Counted from the stretch's first letter, positions 42,152 through 53,435 are shown. The stretch is 64,000 nt of DNA from an uncultured Clostridium sp. (GCA_900554815.1 USIO01000003.1:9462-73461), one strand, 5' to 3'. Notes: generated by a model not told the origin, from the letters alone. A program made the numbers and translations.

Positions 42152-44456
42152 GTGGCAAGAAGAAAAAAGAAAAAACAAGCTATAAGTAAAGATGTAATTG
42201 TAGTAGCACTAATTGTTCTATCTGTTTTGTTTGCTGTTTTAATTTATGGATCAGCAGGAACTATTGGAAAAACAATTAATCCTATTTTAGGTGGACTAAT
42301 AGGATACATAAAGTATATTTTACCACTTGCTACATTTGCAGTGGCTATTTATATTGCATGTGATGATAAAAAATATATAGTTTCTAAACTAGTTCAATGT
42401 GCAATATTTTTAATTTGTATAACAGTAATACTTTCTACTTATCAAATTTCTAATGGAAATATTACAAATAATAATGGATTTTTAGCTGCAATAGAAGAAG
42501 GATATGAATTAGGAAGTAAAAATGTAGGTGGAGGAGCAATAGGCACAGTCATTGCAATACCACTAAGCAATATGCTTAGTCCAGTAGGAACAGTTATATT
42601 ATCTATAGGAGTATTAGTTATTTTATTTGTATTTATGTTTGGAATTAAACCTTCGGAGTTTTTAGCTTCGGCAGTAAAAAAAGCAGAAGAGAAAAAAGAA
42701 GAAATAAAAGAAGAAAAAATAAAAAACAAAGAACTTAAATTAAAACTAAGTGAAGAACAAAAAAATATTAAAAAGCACATAATACCAGAAGAAGTATTAG
42801 AAGATCAAATTACAATTAATTTAGGAAAGATGCATCAAGAACCTAAAAAATATGAACATGATGCAAATCTTATTCCAGAAAAGAAAAATAATCCAAATGA
42901 ATTAGAAAACCTATTTAAAAAAGAACAAGAAATTAAAGAAGAAAAAACAAAGGAAGTATTACAATTAGAACATACTTTAACAGTAGAAGAAGAGCACTAC
43001 GAATTCCCTCCAATTGAGTTACTAAGCGAAGGAAAGCCAACCCAAATGAAGGGGGGAAAAAAGGCAGTCACAGATACAGCAACAAAATTGCAAAAAACTT
43101 TATACAGTTTTGGTGTTTCTGCAAAAGTAGAAAATGTTTCTATAGGACCTGCAATTACAAGATATGAATTAAAACCAGCAGAAGGTGTAAGAGTAAGTAA
43201 AATAGCCAACTTAGCAGACGATATTGCTTTAAACTTGGCAGCAGAAAGTATTAGAATTGAAGCTCCAATTCCAGGGAAACAAGCTGTTGGAATAGAAATT
43301 CCAAATAAAGAAAAAGAAATAGTACATTTAAGGGATATTATAGACACAGAAAAATTTAAAGACGACAAATCTAAATTAGCATTTGCCTTGGGAAAAAGTG
43401 TTACTGGAGAAGAAATAATTGCAGATATTGCTAAAATGCCACATGTATTAATTGCAGGTGCTACTGGCTCTGGAAAAAGTGTATGTATTAATACATTAAT
43501 TACAAGTATTATTTATAAGGCAAAACCTAGTGAAGTAAAATTAGTAATGGTAGATCCAAAGGTTGTAGAATTATCTGTATATAATGGAATACCACATTTA
43601 TTGATCCCCGTGGTAACAGATCCTAAAAAAGCAGCAGGAGCTTTATCGTGGGCAGTACAAGAAATGGTAAATAGATACAGCCTTTTTGCAGCAAAGGGTG
43701 TAAGAGATATTAAAGGCTACAATGAAGAACTAGAAAAAGAAAATGGTGGAGAAAAACTACCTCAAATTGTTATTATTATTGATGAATTAGCAGATTTAAT
43801 GATGGTAGCACCAAATGATGTAGAAGATGCTATTTGTAGATTGGCTCAAATGGCAAGAGCAGCAGGAATGCACTTAGTAATTGCAACTCAAAGACCTTCT
43901 GTGGATGTAATTACAGGAATTATTAAAGCAAATATTCCATCTAGAATTGCATTTGCAGTTTCTTCTGGAGTTGATTCAAGAACAATTTTAGATAGTGTTG
44001 GTGCAGAAAATTTATTAGGCAAAGGAGATATGCTTTTTGCCCCAGTTGGAATTCCAAAACCAATTAGAGTACAAGGAGCTTTTATATCAGACAAAGAAGT
44101 AGAAAAAATAGTTGATTTCTTAAAATCAAACGGGGAAGTTTCCTATAGTGAAGATATTTTGGAAACAATTGAAAATGCTAATAAATCTGAAAAAGAAATA
44201 GAAGAAGACAGTCAAGACGATTCTGATCCATTATTAATGGAAGCAATTGATACTGTTGTTGAATCTCGGACAAGCATCTACATCATTTATTCAAAGAAGG
44301 TTTAAAGTTGGATATGCAAGAGCTGGCAGAATTATGGACCAAATGGAACAAAGGGGAATTATTTCTGGTTACCAAGGTAGTAAACCTCGAGAGGTATTAG
44401 TAACAAAAGAAAGATGGCAAGAACTAAAAATGGGACAGACTACGCGGAGAAAATAA
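42152..44456 (+). CDS. ftsK: DNA translocase FtsK/SpoIIIE; +1 change at CGG 44267-44269; a second in-frame CGG at 44445 lies three codons before the stop
   Basis: GTG start, N-terminal TM segments, [13 protein letters not shown] Walker A. ...EAIDTVVES-(C)[34 protein letters not shown] (gamma/winged-helix domain) is in the +1 frame. Confidence 0.9.
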
Positions 44457-44553
44457 TGAAAAACCTTCAGACCAGGTATAAGTAATAATTTTAAAAATAT
44501 TACTTTTGGTTATTATTTTATGTACAATAAGACAAAATAAAAAGGGAGATACA

Positions 44554-46107
44554 ATGGATAAGAAAAATATTTTTTCAAAACTAAATTTTAAAGACTACAA
44601 TAATGAAGTTGAAGAAATTTTAGAAAAAAAGAGTTTTTCTAGTAATGTTAAAAACCTTATTTTAAGCATGTTTTATAAAATCGAAATGGCTTATAAAGAT
44701 TATTTAATGACAAAAAGAGATGTGACAGAAAAAGATGGCTTTATTGAAAGTATTATTTATACTATTAAGGAAGAATGCAATATAATAGAACTAATTAATC
44801 CAACAGAAAACCAAGAAGATATATTAGCAAAGCATAATGCTTACTTTATGGTAGAGCCGGAAAACAAAAAAATAATTTCTTATACGAATGAACAATGCTT
44901 ATTCCACGCTATATTAAGAATGTCTAAAAAAAATTTTTATATTACAAATGAATATGAAATATTTTCAGACGCTTTAAAACCAATGCTAGAAATAGGATAT
45001 GAATTAGACAAAAAAGAAATTATTACTAGTTTTGATGGTTGGTCTTGGAGCATTAGAACAGATGTAACAGGAAATAGTATATATAATTTAATTTATCAAA
45101 ACTTAAGATTTTTACTAGGAAATACTTTCCTTTACGAATGGAAAAGAGATAGGAGAAAATCTATTGATTATATAGAACAAATAAGAAAAACATCAGAAGA
45201 ACTATATTTTCAAATTTGTAATTTATGTTTAATTTTGGCATTCCAAAACAAGCAAAAAAAACAAAATATTATAAAAAAAGTTCAAAACTTAAAAAAGGAA
45301 TTGGAAAAGCTAGAAAACAAAAATGAATTTTTAAAAAATATTTATGAAGAAAAGAAAAAAATAAAAGACAAAATTAAAATAATAGATAAGATTTTAAATA
45401 ATAAAGAATTATTAACACAAGAGCTAGAAGATAAAAATGCAAAATTACCAGATGAACAAAAAATAATTAGCATTAGTAGTTTAGAAGACATTATAGAAGA
45501 AGACAGAAAAAGTTTAATTCAAAAACTACAAGAATATAACCAAGTATTAGATCCTAAAAATTATATAAAAAAAGTTAACCAATTAAAGGAAAAAATTAAG
45601 ATTATAGAAAATCTACCAATTAACAGTATAACAAATGAAATAATATATGAATACATTATTAAACTACAAAAAACATTTATTAATTGTATTAATTATTCTA
45701 TTGATAAAATTGAACTAAAAAAGGATTTAATAGAATTGATTTATAAATTTAGATACTATAAATTAATAGTAATTAACATAAATAATAAAACAATTAATAT
45801 AGAAGAATTACCAGAATTAACACAACTAATAGAACAAACTCAGAAAAAAATTATTACAAAAGCTTGTAAAAACAAAGTTTTACAAATTTTTAACCAAGAT
45901 ATTGAATATAATTACGAAATTATTTCTAAAGTTGTAGATACAAATATTATAGATATGGAAAATATTATGATTTCACTAGAAAAAGAAGAGACTTTGCTAA
46001 ATATTAATATTTTCGACAAAGAAATTATAGATAAAACAGAAAAAATACCATATAAAACAGAAGAATATAATGTAAAATTTAATAAAAAATTAAAATTATT
46101 TATATAG
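44554..46107 (+). CDS. Hypothetical protein (517 aa)
   Basis: ATG at 44554 follows AAGGGAG. No motif recognised. Lys/Glu/Ile-rich with a central coiled coil. Confidence 0.6.
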   Translation: MDKKNIFSKLNFKDYNNEVEEILEKKSFSSNVKNLILSMFYKIEMAYKDYLMTKRDVTEKDGFIESIIYTIKEECNIIELINPTENQEDILAKHNAYFMVEPENKKIISYTNEQCLFHAILRMSKKNFYITNEYEIFSDALKPMLEIGYELDKKEIITSFDGWSWSIRTDVTGNSIYNLIYQNLRFLLGNTFLYEWKRDRRKSIDYIEQIRKTSEELYFQICNLCLILAFQNKQKKQNIIKKVQNLKKELEKLENKNEFLKNIYEEKKKIKDKIKIIDKILNNKELLTQELEDKNAKLPDEQKIISISSLEDIIEEDRKSLIQKLQEYNQVLDPKNYIKKVNQLKEKIKIIENLPINSITNEIIYEYIIKLQKTFINCINYSIDKIELKKDLIELIYKFRYYKLIVININNKTINIEELPELTQLIEQTQKKIITKACKNKVLQIFNQDIEYNYEIISKVVDTNIIDMENIMISLEKEETLLNINIFDKEIIDKTEKIPYKTEEYNVKFNKKLKLFI

Positions 46108-46115
46108 GAGGATAT

Positions 46116-47759
46116 ATGAAAATTACTTTTTTAGGAGCAACTAAAACTGTAACAGGTTCTAATTTTTTAGTAGAGGGAGCTGGAAAAAAATTTTTGATAG
46201 ATTGTGGTATGTATCAAGGACAATCAGTTGAAGAATTAGAAAATTCTGCTCCATTTTTATTTAATGTAAATGAAATTGATTTTATGCTACTTACACATGC
46301 TCATATTGACCATTCAGGTAGAATACCAAAACTATATAATGAAGGATACCATAATCCAATTATTGCAACAAAAGCAACATGCGATTTATGTGAAATTATG
46401 TTGCCAGATAGTGGACATATTCAAGAGGTTGAAATAGAATGGAAAAACAGAAAAAGGAAAAGAGAAGGTAAACCTCCTATGCCACCACTATACACAGCGC
46501 AAGATGCTATTAATTCACTAGAGATATTCCAAAGAGTTAAATATGATGAAATAATTGATGTGGCTGAAAATATACAAGTTAGATTTAATGATGCAGGACA
46601 TATGTTGGGCTCAAGTATTATAGAAATTTGGGTAACAGAAAATGGTAAAACAGAAAAAATTGTATTTACAGGAGACTTAGGAAATAATGATATTCCTCTT
46701 TTAGGCTCTCCTACAATGATTGAAGATGCAGACTATTTAGTAATGGAATCTACATATGGCAATAGATTACATATTAGAAATGACGAAAAAGCGAATTTAT
46801 TTTTAAATATTGTATCAGAAACATTGGAAAAGGATGGAACTGTTGTTATTCCGTCATTTGCTGTTGGAAGGACTCAAGAAATACTATATGAATTAGATAA
46901 AATAAAACAAAATGGAGCTAGTGAAGAATTCTATAAAAAATATGAAGAATTAATGAAAGTACCAGTATATGTAGATAGCCCACTAGCTATATCTGCAACA
47001 GAAGTATTTAAAAAGAATATGGATTTATTTGAAGAAGAAGTACAAGAACAAATAAAACGTGGAGAAAACCCATTAGACTTTCCAGGATTAAGATTTACTA
47101 GAACTGCAGAAGAATCAAAAGCATTAAATGAAAGTAATGAGCCAAGTATTATTATTTCTGCTAGTGGAATGTGTGAGGTGGGAAGAATTAAACACCATTT
47201 AAAACATAATTTATGGAATCCTAATAGTACAATTTTATTTGTTGGATACCAAGCACCAGGAACTTTAGGAAGAACTATTGTAGATGGAGCCAAAAAGGTA
47301 AAAATATTTGGAGAAGAAATTGCTGTAAACGCAAGAGTAGAGTATATTGAAGGGTATTCTGGACATGCAGACCAAGAATGGCTTATGAATTTTATTTATT
47401 CTTTTTTTACAAAACCAAAACATATTTTCTTAGTCCATGGAGAACCAGAAGGCCAAATTGTCTTAAAACAAAAAATCTTAGAAAAAACTCATATTCCAGT
47501 TACGATTCCAGAATTTGGAGAAGTATATGAATTAACAGAAGATATAAAAGTAAGAGATAGACTTGAAATGCCAGAAAAATATAAATTTATTCGTTTAGAA
47601 ATATTGCAAAAATTAGACAATATTGAAGCAGAAGTTGAAGAAATGAAAAATATTGTAAAAAGCGAAAAATTATCTGAAGATACAAGTGATGAAGAAATCT
47701 TAAAATTAAAAGAGAAAATTCATGCACTAGAACAACAAATTGTAAATGTTATATCATAA
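46116..47759 (+). CDS. MBL-fold beta-CASP family metallo-hydrolase (RNase J/CPSF-like RNA-processing nuclease)
   Basis: LLTHAHIDHSGRIP (HxHxDH), DAGHMLGS, ESTYG and GYSGHAD motifs. Confidence 0.8.
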   Translation: MKITFLGATKTVTGSNFLVEGAGKKFLIDCGMYQGQSVEELENSAPFLFNVNEIDFMLLTHAHIDHSGRIPKLYNEGYHNPIIATKATCDLCEIMLPDSGHIQEVEIEWKNRKRKREGKPPMPPLYTAQDAINSLEIFQRVKYDEIIDVAENIQVRFNDAGHMLGSSIIEIWVTENGKTEKIVFTGDLGNNDIPLLGSPTMIEDADYLVMESTYGNRLHIRNDEKANLFLNIVSETLEKDGTVVIPSFAVGRTQEILYELDKIKQNGASEEFYKKYEELMKVPVYVDSPLAISATEVFKKNMDLFEEEVQEQIKRGENPLDFPGLRFTRTAEESKALNESNEPSIIISASGMCEVGRIKHHLKHNLWNPNSTILFVGYQAPGTLGRTIVDGAKKVKIFGEEIAVNARVEYIEGYSGHADQEWLMNFIYSFFTKPKHIFLVHGEPEGQIVLKQKILEKTHIPVTIPEFGEVYELTEDIKVRDRLEMPEKYKFIRLEILQKLDNIEAEVEEMKNIVKSEKLSEDTSDEEILKLKEKIHALEQQIVNVIS

Positions 47760-47785
47760 AACTATAATAAAATAAGGAGAAACAT

Positions 47786-49696
47786 ATGATGAATACTAAA
47801 TACTATAATGATGCAATTATTGGAAATAAAAATATGGTGGTTAGTTATAGCAAAACTGGAGAAATGCTAAGAGTATTATACCCAAATGCGGATTATAGAC
47901 AGTTTATAGAATTTTTTAGAGTAGGTATTAAACTCAATGATTCTAGATTAATCTATTTACATAATGATATAAATAATGTATATAAACAATACTATGTAGA
48001 AGATACAAATATTTTAAAAACAGAAATATATAATACCTATTTTAATGTAAATATTACTCAAACAGATTTTGTTATGATGAAAGAAAATATTTTAGTAAGA
48101 AGATACGAAATAACAAATCATAGTAATATTGAATTAAATACCAATTTTTTAATTCATTCTAGTTTATTAACTAATAATAACAACCAAGTAAGTGGATATG
48201 AAACTTCTAATACATTAATACAATATACACATGACTATAATTTCTGCATTTTTTCAAAAGAAAAGCTATTATCATCTCAAATTAATAATGTAAAAGAAAA
48301 TATTACAGATGGAGTAATTTGGGATAAAGACTATATAGGAATGTCTAATGATTCTGCAATTAGTTATGACTTAGGAACTATTAAAGTAAACCAAACAAAA
48401 CGAATAGAAATATTTGTATTTATACAAGAAAATAACGAAAAATATAATATTAATGAAATAGAAAACGATATTGAAAGAATAAAAAAAATTGATGTTCAAA
48501 AAGAATATGATAGTGTAAAAAAATACTGGAGAAAATACGTAAAAGACCATAAAAAAATAGATATAAAACTAGATAGAACTAATCCATATAATAATAGAGT
48601 AGAAAGAATTTATAATAGAACAATTTTACTATATCCATTATTAACAAATTATTCTACAGGAGGAATATCAGCAGGTATAGAAGTTGACGAAGCTAAAACC
48701 AAATGTGGCCGTTATTCATACTGCTGGCCAAGAGATGCTATTTTTATTGCTAAAGCAATGGATTTATTGGGAATGGAAAATATAACAGAAAAATTTTACA
48801 AAAATTTTTGTAAAAACACGCAAAGCAAAAGTGGAATGTGGGAACAACGTTTCTTTACAGATGGAAGATTAGCTCCTTCGTGGGGCTACCAAATTGATGA
48901 AACAGCATCAGTAGTATATGGAGTCTACCAACATTATTTATATACAAAGGACATAAAGTTCCTAAAAGATACATTAAAAATGTGTGAAAAAGCTGTTGAA
49001 TATTTAAAAAAGTATATGGACGACATATTAGAACAAAAATACCAAATGCCAAAATCTTATGATATATGGGAAGAAAACGAAGGAATACATGCATATTCAC
49101 TAACTAGCATATTTGCAGCATTTACAAGTATGATAAAAATAAATGAAACTATTATACCTATTTTCGAAAATAATAGAATAAAATTAGAAAAAATACGTAA
49201 AACTAACGATACATTAGAAAAGTATAGATTAAATATAAAAGAATATGTTATAAATAATTTTTATGATGAAAGCAAAGGTAGTTTTGTAAGAAACAAAGAT
49301 GGAAAAATGGATATAAGCCTATTAGGGCTAGTATACCCATATAAAATGTTAAGCCCAAAAGAAAAGAAAATAACAAATACAATAGAAAAAATGAATTTAA
49401 CATTAAGAACATATAAAGGTGGTTATTTACGTTATGAACAAGATAATTACTTAGGAGGTAATAACCCATGGGTAATATCTAACTTGTGGTTAGCCAATTA
49501 CTATTTAGAAAGTGGAGAAAATAAAAAAGCAAAAGAAAGCTTTGACTATGTAGTAACTACAAGTTTAGAAAATGGGCTACTAGGAGAACAAATTAATAAT
49601 CAAACAATGCAACCTGAATGGGTAATAGGACTTGGATGGTCTCATGCTATGTTTATTATTACATTAGAAAGATTCCATGAAAAAGGATTAATTTAA
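47786..49696 (+). CDS. Glycoside hydrolase family 15 (glucoamylase-like)
   Basis: YCWPRDAIFIAKAM, YDIWEENEGIHAYS and PWVISNLWLANYY motifs of the (alpha/alpha)6 GH15 domain. Confidence 0.75.
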   Translation: MMNTKYYNDAIIGNKNMVVSYSKTGEMLRVLYPNADYRQFIEFFRVGIKLNDSRLIYLHNDINNVYKQYYVEDTNILKTEIYNTYFNVNITQTDFVMMKENILVRRYEITNHSNIELNTNFLIHSSLLTNNNNQVSGYETSNTLIQYTHDYNFCIFSKEKLLSSQINNVKENITDGVIWDKDYIGMSNDSAISYDLGTIKVNQTKRIEIFVFIQENNEKYNINEIENDIERIKKIDVQKEYDSVKKYWRKYVKDHKKIDIKLDRTNPYNNRVERIYNRTILLYPLLTNYSTGGISAGIEVDEAKTKCGRYSYCWPRDAIFIAKAMDLLGMENITEKFYKNFCKNTQSKSGMWEQRFFTDGRLAPSWGYQIDETASVVYGVYQHYLYTKDIKFLKDTLKMCEKAVEYLKKYMDDILEQKYQMPKSYDIWEENEGIHAYSLTSIFAAFTSMIKINETIIPIFENNRIKLEKIRKTNDTLEKYRLNIKEYVINNFYDESKGSFVRNKDGKMDISLLGLVYPYKMLSPKEKKITNTIEKMNLTLRTYKGGYLRYEQDNYLGGNNPWVISNLWLANYYLESGENKKAKESFDYVVTTSLENGLLGEQINNQTMQPEWVIGLGWSHAMFIITLERFHEKGLI

Positions 49697-49706
49697 TTAA
49701 ATACTC

Positions 49707-49742
49707 AAAAAGGTCAATATAATTTATTATATTGACCTTTTT
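49707..49742. terminator. Bidirectional terminator
   Basis: AAAAGGTCAATATAAT / ATTATATTGACCTTTT between convergent genes. Confidence 0.75.
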
Positions 49743-50636
49743 AAGTATTTACTATTGAAGAAAAATCATCATAATTAATTTCAAAACTCATGCCATTTAA
49801 GTAATTTAAAATCCCAGCATCACTTAAAAACTGAAAACTTAATTTGTAACTACGTAACAACTGATATTTTATTCTATAATACTTATTAATACTATTAATT
49901 CCATATTTTCCGATCACCCAAAATAGGATAACCAATATAAGCTAAATGAGCTCTAATTTGATGTGTCCTTCCAGTTTTAATTAATACATGGAGCAAAGAC
50001 AAATTTTTTTGCTTATTGATTTTTAATACTTTATAATAAGTTTCTATTGGCAAATAATTTTTCTTAGGAACATTAGAAACATAAACTATACTTTTTTTAT
50101 TATCCTTTAATAAAAAAGCATTTAAATTAGCCTCTTTTTTAAGTGGACATCCTACACAAACACAAGCATAATATTTTTCAATTTCATGTTTTTTAAACTT
50201 GTCAAATAATATTTCTAAAGTTTTTAAATTTTTAGCAAAAATCATTAAACCAGAAGTGTTCCTGTCTAACCTATGAGCCGGATATGGGAATTTAAATGAG
50301 CAATATTTTTCTTGCAATTGCCTTGTAATACTGTTTTTGCTATTTTCACTTATTACTTCAATGCCAACAGGCTTATTTAATATTATAATATTAGAATCTT
50401 CGTAAATAATTTCAAATTCAAAATTTTGAAATAAATATTTATCTTCAATATAGACAATTACTTCATCATTTGTATTTAGAACAATATTTGAAGAAATCCT
50501 TTTTCCATTTATGCGAATATCTTTTTTACGAAGTGCTTTAAAAATAGTATTGATATTTAAACCGATCAAAACTATCTAATAAAAAATTTATTAAATTTTT
50601 TTTATTATATTGCTTATTCACAACTAATTTTTTCAT
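49741..50636 (-). CDS. RluA-family pseudouridine synthase; two CGG +1 sites (50562-50564 and 49910-49912)
   Basis: MKKLVVNKQYNKKNLINFLLDSFD-(C)-GLNINTIFKALRKKDIRINGKR (S4-like). Catalytic HRLDRNTSGLM. ...HQIRAHLAYIGYPILGD-(C)-GKYGINS.... Confidence 0.85.
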
Positions 50637-50740
50637 AAAAATATTATACTAAAACTATAAGTTTTTTGCAAATTTATTTGCATTTTATAATAAACTATGC
50701 TAAAATATCTATTATTAAATAATGATATATGGAGGCACAA

Positions 50741-50989
50741 ATGGAAATAGTAAAGTACATTTTAATAGGAGCTTATACAATTGTTTGCTTAGCACTAATT
50801 ATTGTTGCAATGTTACAATCAAAAGATGATGCAGGCGCTTCTGGAACAATTGTAGGATCTTCAAGTAATAATTTTTATGAAAAGAATAAAGGTAGGACAA
50901 AAGAAGGAAAATTAAAAAAGTGGACAGTTATATTAGGAATTACTTTTGCAATATTAACTATTGTTCTTAGCATTGTGTATGTAATGTAA
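50741..50989 (+). CDS. secG: Preprotein translocase subunit SecG
   Basis: ATG at 50741 follows GGAGG. Two TM segments flank a Gly/Ser-rich loop (GASGTIVGSSSNNF). Confidence 0.8.
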   Translation: MEIVKYILIGAYTIVCLALIIVAMLQSKDDAGASGTIVGSSSNNFYEKNKGRTKEGKLKKWTVILGITFAILTIVLSIVYVM

Positions 50990-51009
50990 AAAAACAGTAT
51001 ATAATAATA

Positions 51010-51041
51010 AATATCCCCCAGAGTTTAACTTGGGGGATATT
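51010..51041 (+). terminator. Terminator after secG
   Basis: AATATCCCCCA / TGGGGGATATT hairpin. It overlaps the TTG-extended version of the rnr ORF, which argues for the ATG at 51078. Confidence 0.7.
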
Positions 51042-51077
51042 ATTAATAAAAAAATTATACTACTCGAAAGGAAATAT

Positions 51078-52904
51078 ATGAAAAAAGTAAGCAAAAAACA
51101 ATTTTTTAATAAAACTAAAAAACAAAGAAGAAAAAATTTAATTAAAAAAATAAGTAAAGAAAAGAATTTATTCTTTGATAAACAAAAAGTAGTTGGTACA
51201 TTTACTAAAAACAAAAATTTTGGATTTGTTATTCCAGATGGAAAAAAAGTACCAACAGATATATTCATTTCTAAAAAAAATATAGGTAATGCAAAAAATA
51301 ACCAAAAAGTTTTAGTAGAAATAATAAAACAACCATCAAAAGGGAAAAAGTTAGAAGGAAAAATAATAGAAACAATAGGAAACATAAATGAAAATGGAAT
51401 TGATATATTATGTTTAATAAAAGAATATAACTTACCAAACAAATTCCCTAAAACAGTGCTAAATGAATTAGAATTTATTGATGATAAAATAGAAAAAAAA
51501 GATATTCCAAATAGAGTAGACTTAAGAAATAAAGAAATATTTACTATTGATGATGAAGATGCAAAAGATTTAGATGATGCAGTATCTGTAGAAAAATTAA
51601 ATGACGGTACATATAATTTACATGTTCATATAGCAGATGTAAGCTATTATGTAAAAGAGGGAAGCAGTTTAAACAAAGAAGCAATTCGAAGAGGAACAAG
51701 TGTATATTTAATAGATAGAGTAATACCAATGTTACCTGCAAAGTTATCTAATGGTATATGTAGTTTAAATGAAGGAGAAGACAGATTTACTTTATCAATT
51801 AGTATAAATATTGACTCAAAAGGAAAAATTATTTCTTCTAAAATTTATAAAGCAATTATTAATGTTACAAAAAGAATGACATATAACGATGTTTTTGAAA
51901 TATTAGAAGGAAAAAACAAGAAAATCCTAAAAAAATATGAAAATTATATTCAACATTTTAACATAATGAAAGAATTAGCTATTATTTTAGAAAAAAGAAG
52001 ATTAGCTAAAGGGTATTTGGATTTAGACATTCCTGAGAGTAAAATTACATTAGACGAAAATGGAATAGCAATTGATGTAAAAAAATATGAAGTAACAATT
52101 GCAAACAAAATAATAGAACAATTTATGCTAACAGCAAATGAAGAAATTGCAAAAACTTTTTATAAATTAAATTCTCCATTTATTTATAGGACTCACGAAA
52201 GACCAGATACAGCAAAAATACAAGAACTAAATAAGTTTTTATTTAATTTAGGGTACAAAATAGAATTAAAAAACGACAAAGTAGAACCAAAATCAATACA
52301 AAAACTATTAAAGCAAATAGAAGGAAAGCCAGAGGAAAAAGTAATATCTACTTTGATTTTAAGAACATTAAAAATGGCTAAATACGAAAATACAAATAAA
52401 GGACATTTTGGAATTGCTAGCAAATATTATTGCCATTTTACATCTCCAATTAGAAGATATCCAGATCTATTTGTTCATAGAGTTATTTCAACATATTTAA
52501 ATAGCAATTACAAAATAAATGATAAAGAACTGCTAAAACTAAAGCTAAATTCAGAAAAATATGCATTATTATCGTCCGAAAAAGAGCAACTTGCAACAAA
52601 ATTAGAACGTGATGTAGAAGACTTAAAAAAAGCAGAATATATGCAAGATAAAATAGGAAAGGAATATAAAGGTATAATTTCATCAGTAACAGAATTTGGC
52701 TTATTTGTGGAACTAGAAAATACCATAGAAGGATTAATAAAATTTGAAAATCTAGGTAATGACTATTATATTTATAATGAAGAAAGAAAAACACTAGCAG
52801 GAGAAAAAACAAAAGAAATTTTTACTATAGGAGATAAAATAAAAGTAAAAATATTAGAAGCAAACAAGTCAACAAGAAAAATCGAATTTAAAAGAGTTAT
52901 TTAA
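51078..52904 (+). CDS. rnr: Ribonuclease R
   Basis: RNB-domain motifs FTIDDEDAKDLDDAVS and HFTSPIRRYPDL. C-terminal S1 domain. Confidence 0.9.
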   Translation: MKKVSKKQFFNKTKKQRRKNLIKKISKEKNLFFDKQKVVGTFTKNKNFGFVIPDGKKVPTDIFISKKNIGNAKNNQKVLVEIIKQPSKGKKLEGKIIETIGNINENGIDILCLIKEYNLPNKFPKTVLNELEFIDDKIEKKDIPNRVDLRNKEIFTIDDEDAKDLDDAVSVEKLNDGTYNLHVHIADVSYYVKEGSSLNKEAIRRGTSVYLIDRVIPMLPAKLSNGICSLNEGEDRFTLSISINIDSKGKIISSKIYKAIINVTKRMTYNDVFEILEGKNKKILKKYENYIQHFNIMKELAIILEKRRLAKGYLDLDIPESKITLDENGIAIDVKKYEVTIANKIIEQFMLTANEEIAKTFYKLNSPFIYRTHERPDTAKIQELNKFLFNLGYKIELKNDKVEPKSIQKLLKQIEGKPEEKVISTLILRTLKMAKYENTNKGHFGIASKYYCHFTSPIRRYPDLFVHRVISTYLNSNYKINDKELLKLKLNSEKYALLSSEKEQLATKLERDVEDLKKAEYMQDKIGKEYKGIISSVTEFGLFVELENTIEGLIKFENLGNDYYIYNEERKTLAGEKTKEIFTIGDKIKVKILEANKSTRKIEFKRVI

Positions 52905-52957
52905 AAAAGAGAATGTCCTAGTAATTAACATAAATTTAATAAAATAATCAAAAACTA

Positions 52958-52986
52958 TTGACAAATCAAAAAAAATAGTGTAAAGT
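52958..52986 (+). promoter_or_regulatory. Putative sigma-A promoter of the ylxM-ffh operon
   Basis: TTGACA, 17 nt spacer, TG-TAAAGT (extended -10). Confidence 0.6.
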
Positions 52987-53017
52987 ATATTAACATTACA
53001 AAAGAAAGGTGGTCACT

Positions 53018-53368
53018 ATGGAAAAAAATGTAAAAGTTAGTATCCTATTAGAAATATATGGGGAATTATTAACAAAAACACAATACCAATTCCTAGATGA
53101 CTACTATAATAGCGATTTGTCTTTATCTGAAATTGCTGAAAATAAAAATATTACCAGACAAGCAGTAAGAGACAATATAAAAAAGGGGGAAAATAAACTT
53201 TTCGAGCTAGAAGAAAAGTTAAAGATTATGCAGAAAACAATTAAACAAGAAAAGAAAATTGCAAATATACTATCAGAAATAACAAAAATACAAACTCAAT
53301 TTTCAGATGAACAAATTGCAGACATGCTAGAACATATAAAAAATGAATTAAATTGTGTAATGCAATAA
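53018..53368 (+). CDS. ylxM: YlxM/p13-like putative DNA-binding protein (UPF0122)
   Basis: LLEIYGELLTKTQYQFLDDYYNSDLSLSEIAENKNITRQAVRDNIKKG. Precedes ffh. Confidence 0.85.
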   Translation: MEKNVKVSILLEIYGELLTKTQYQFLDDYYNSDLSLSEIAENKNITRQAVRDNIKKGENKLFELEEKLKIMQKTIKQEKKIANILSEITKIQTQFSDEQIADMLEHIKNELNCVMQ

Positions 53369-53435
53369 TTTAAAAATAATTTATTTTATAAAAAAATAAA
53401 TTTAAGCTAAAGAAAATTTAAAAGGAGGAGCAAGA

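Noticed and set aside
51030-51077. TTG-extended start for rnr
   Set aside because: The extension overlaps the secG terminator hairpin. ATG 51078 has a GAAAGGA RBS.
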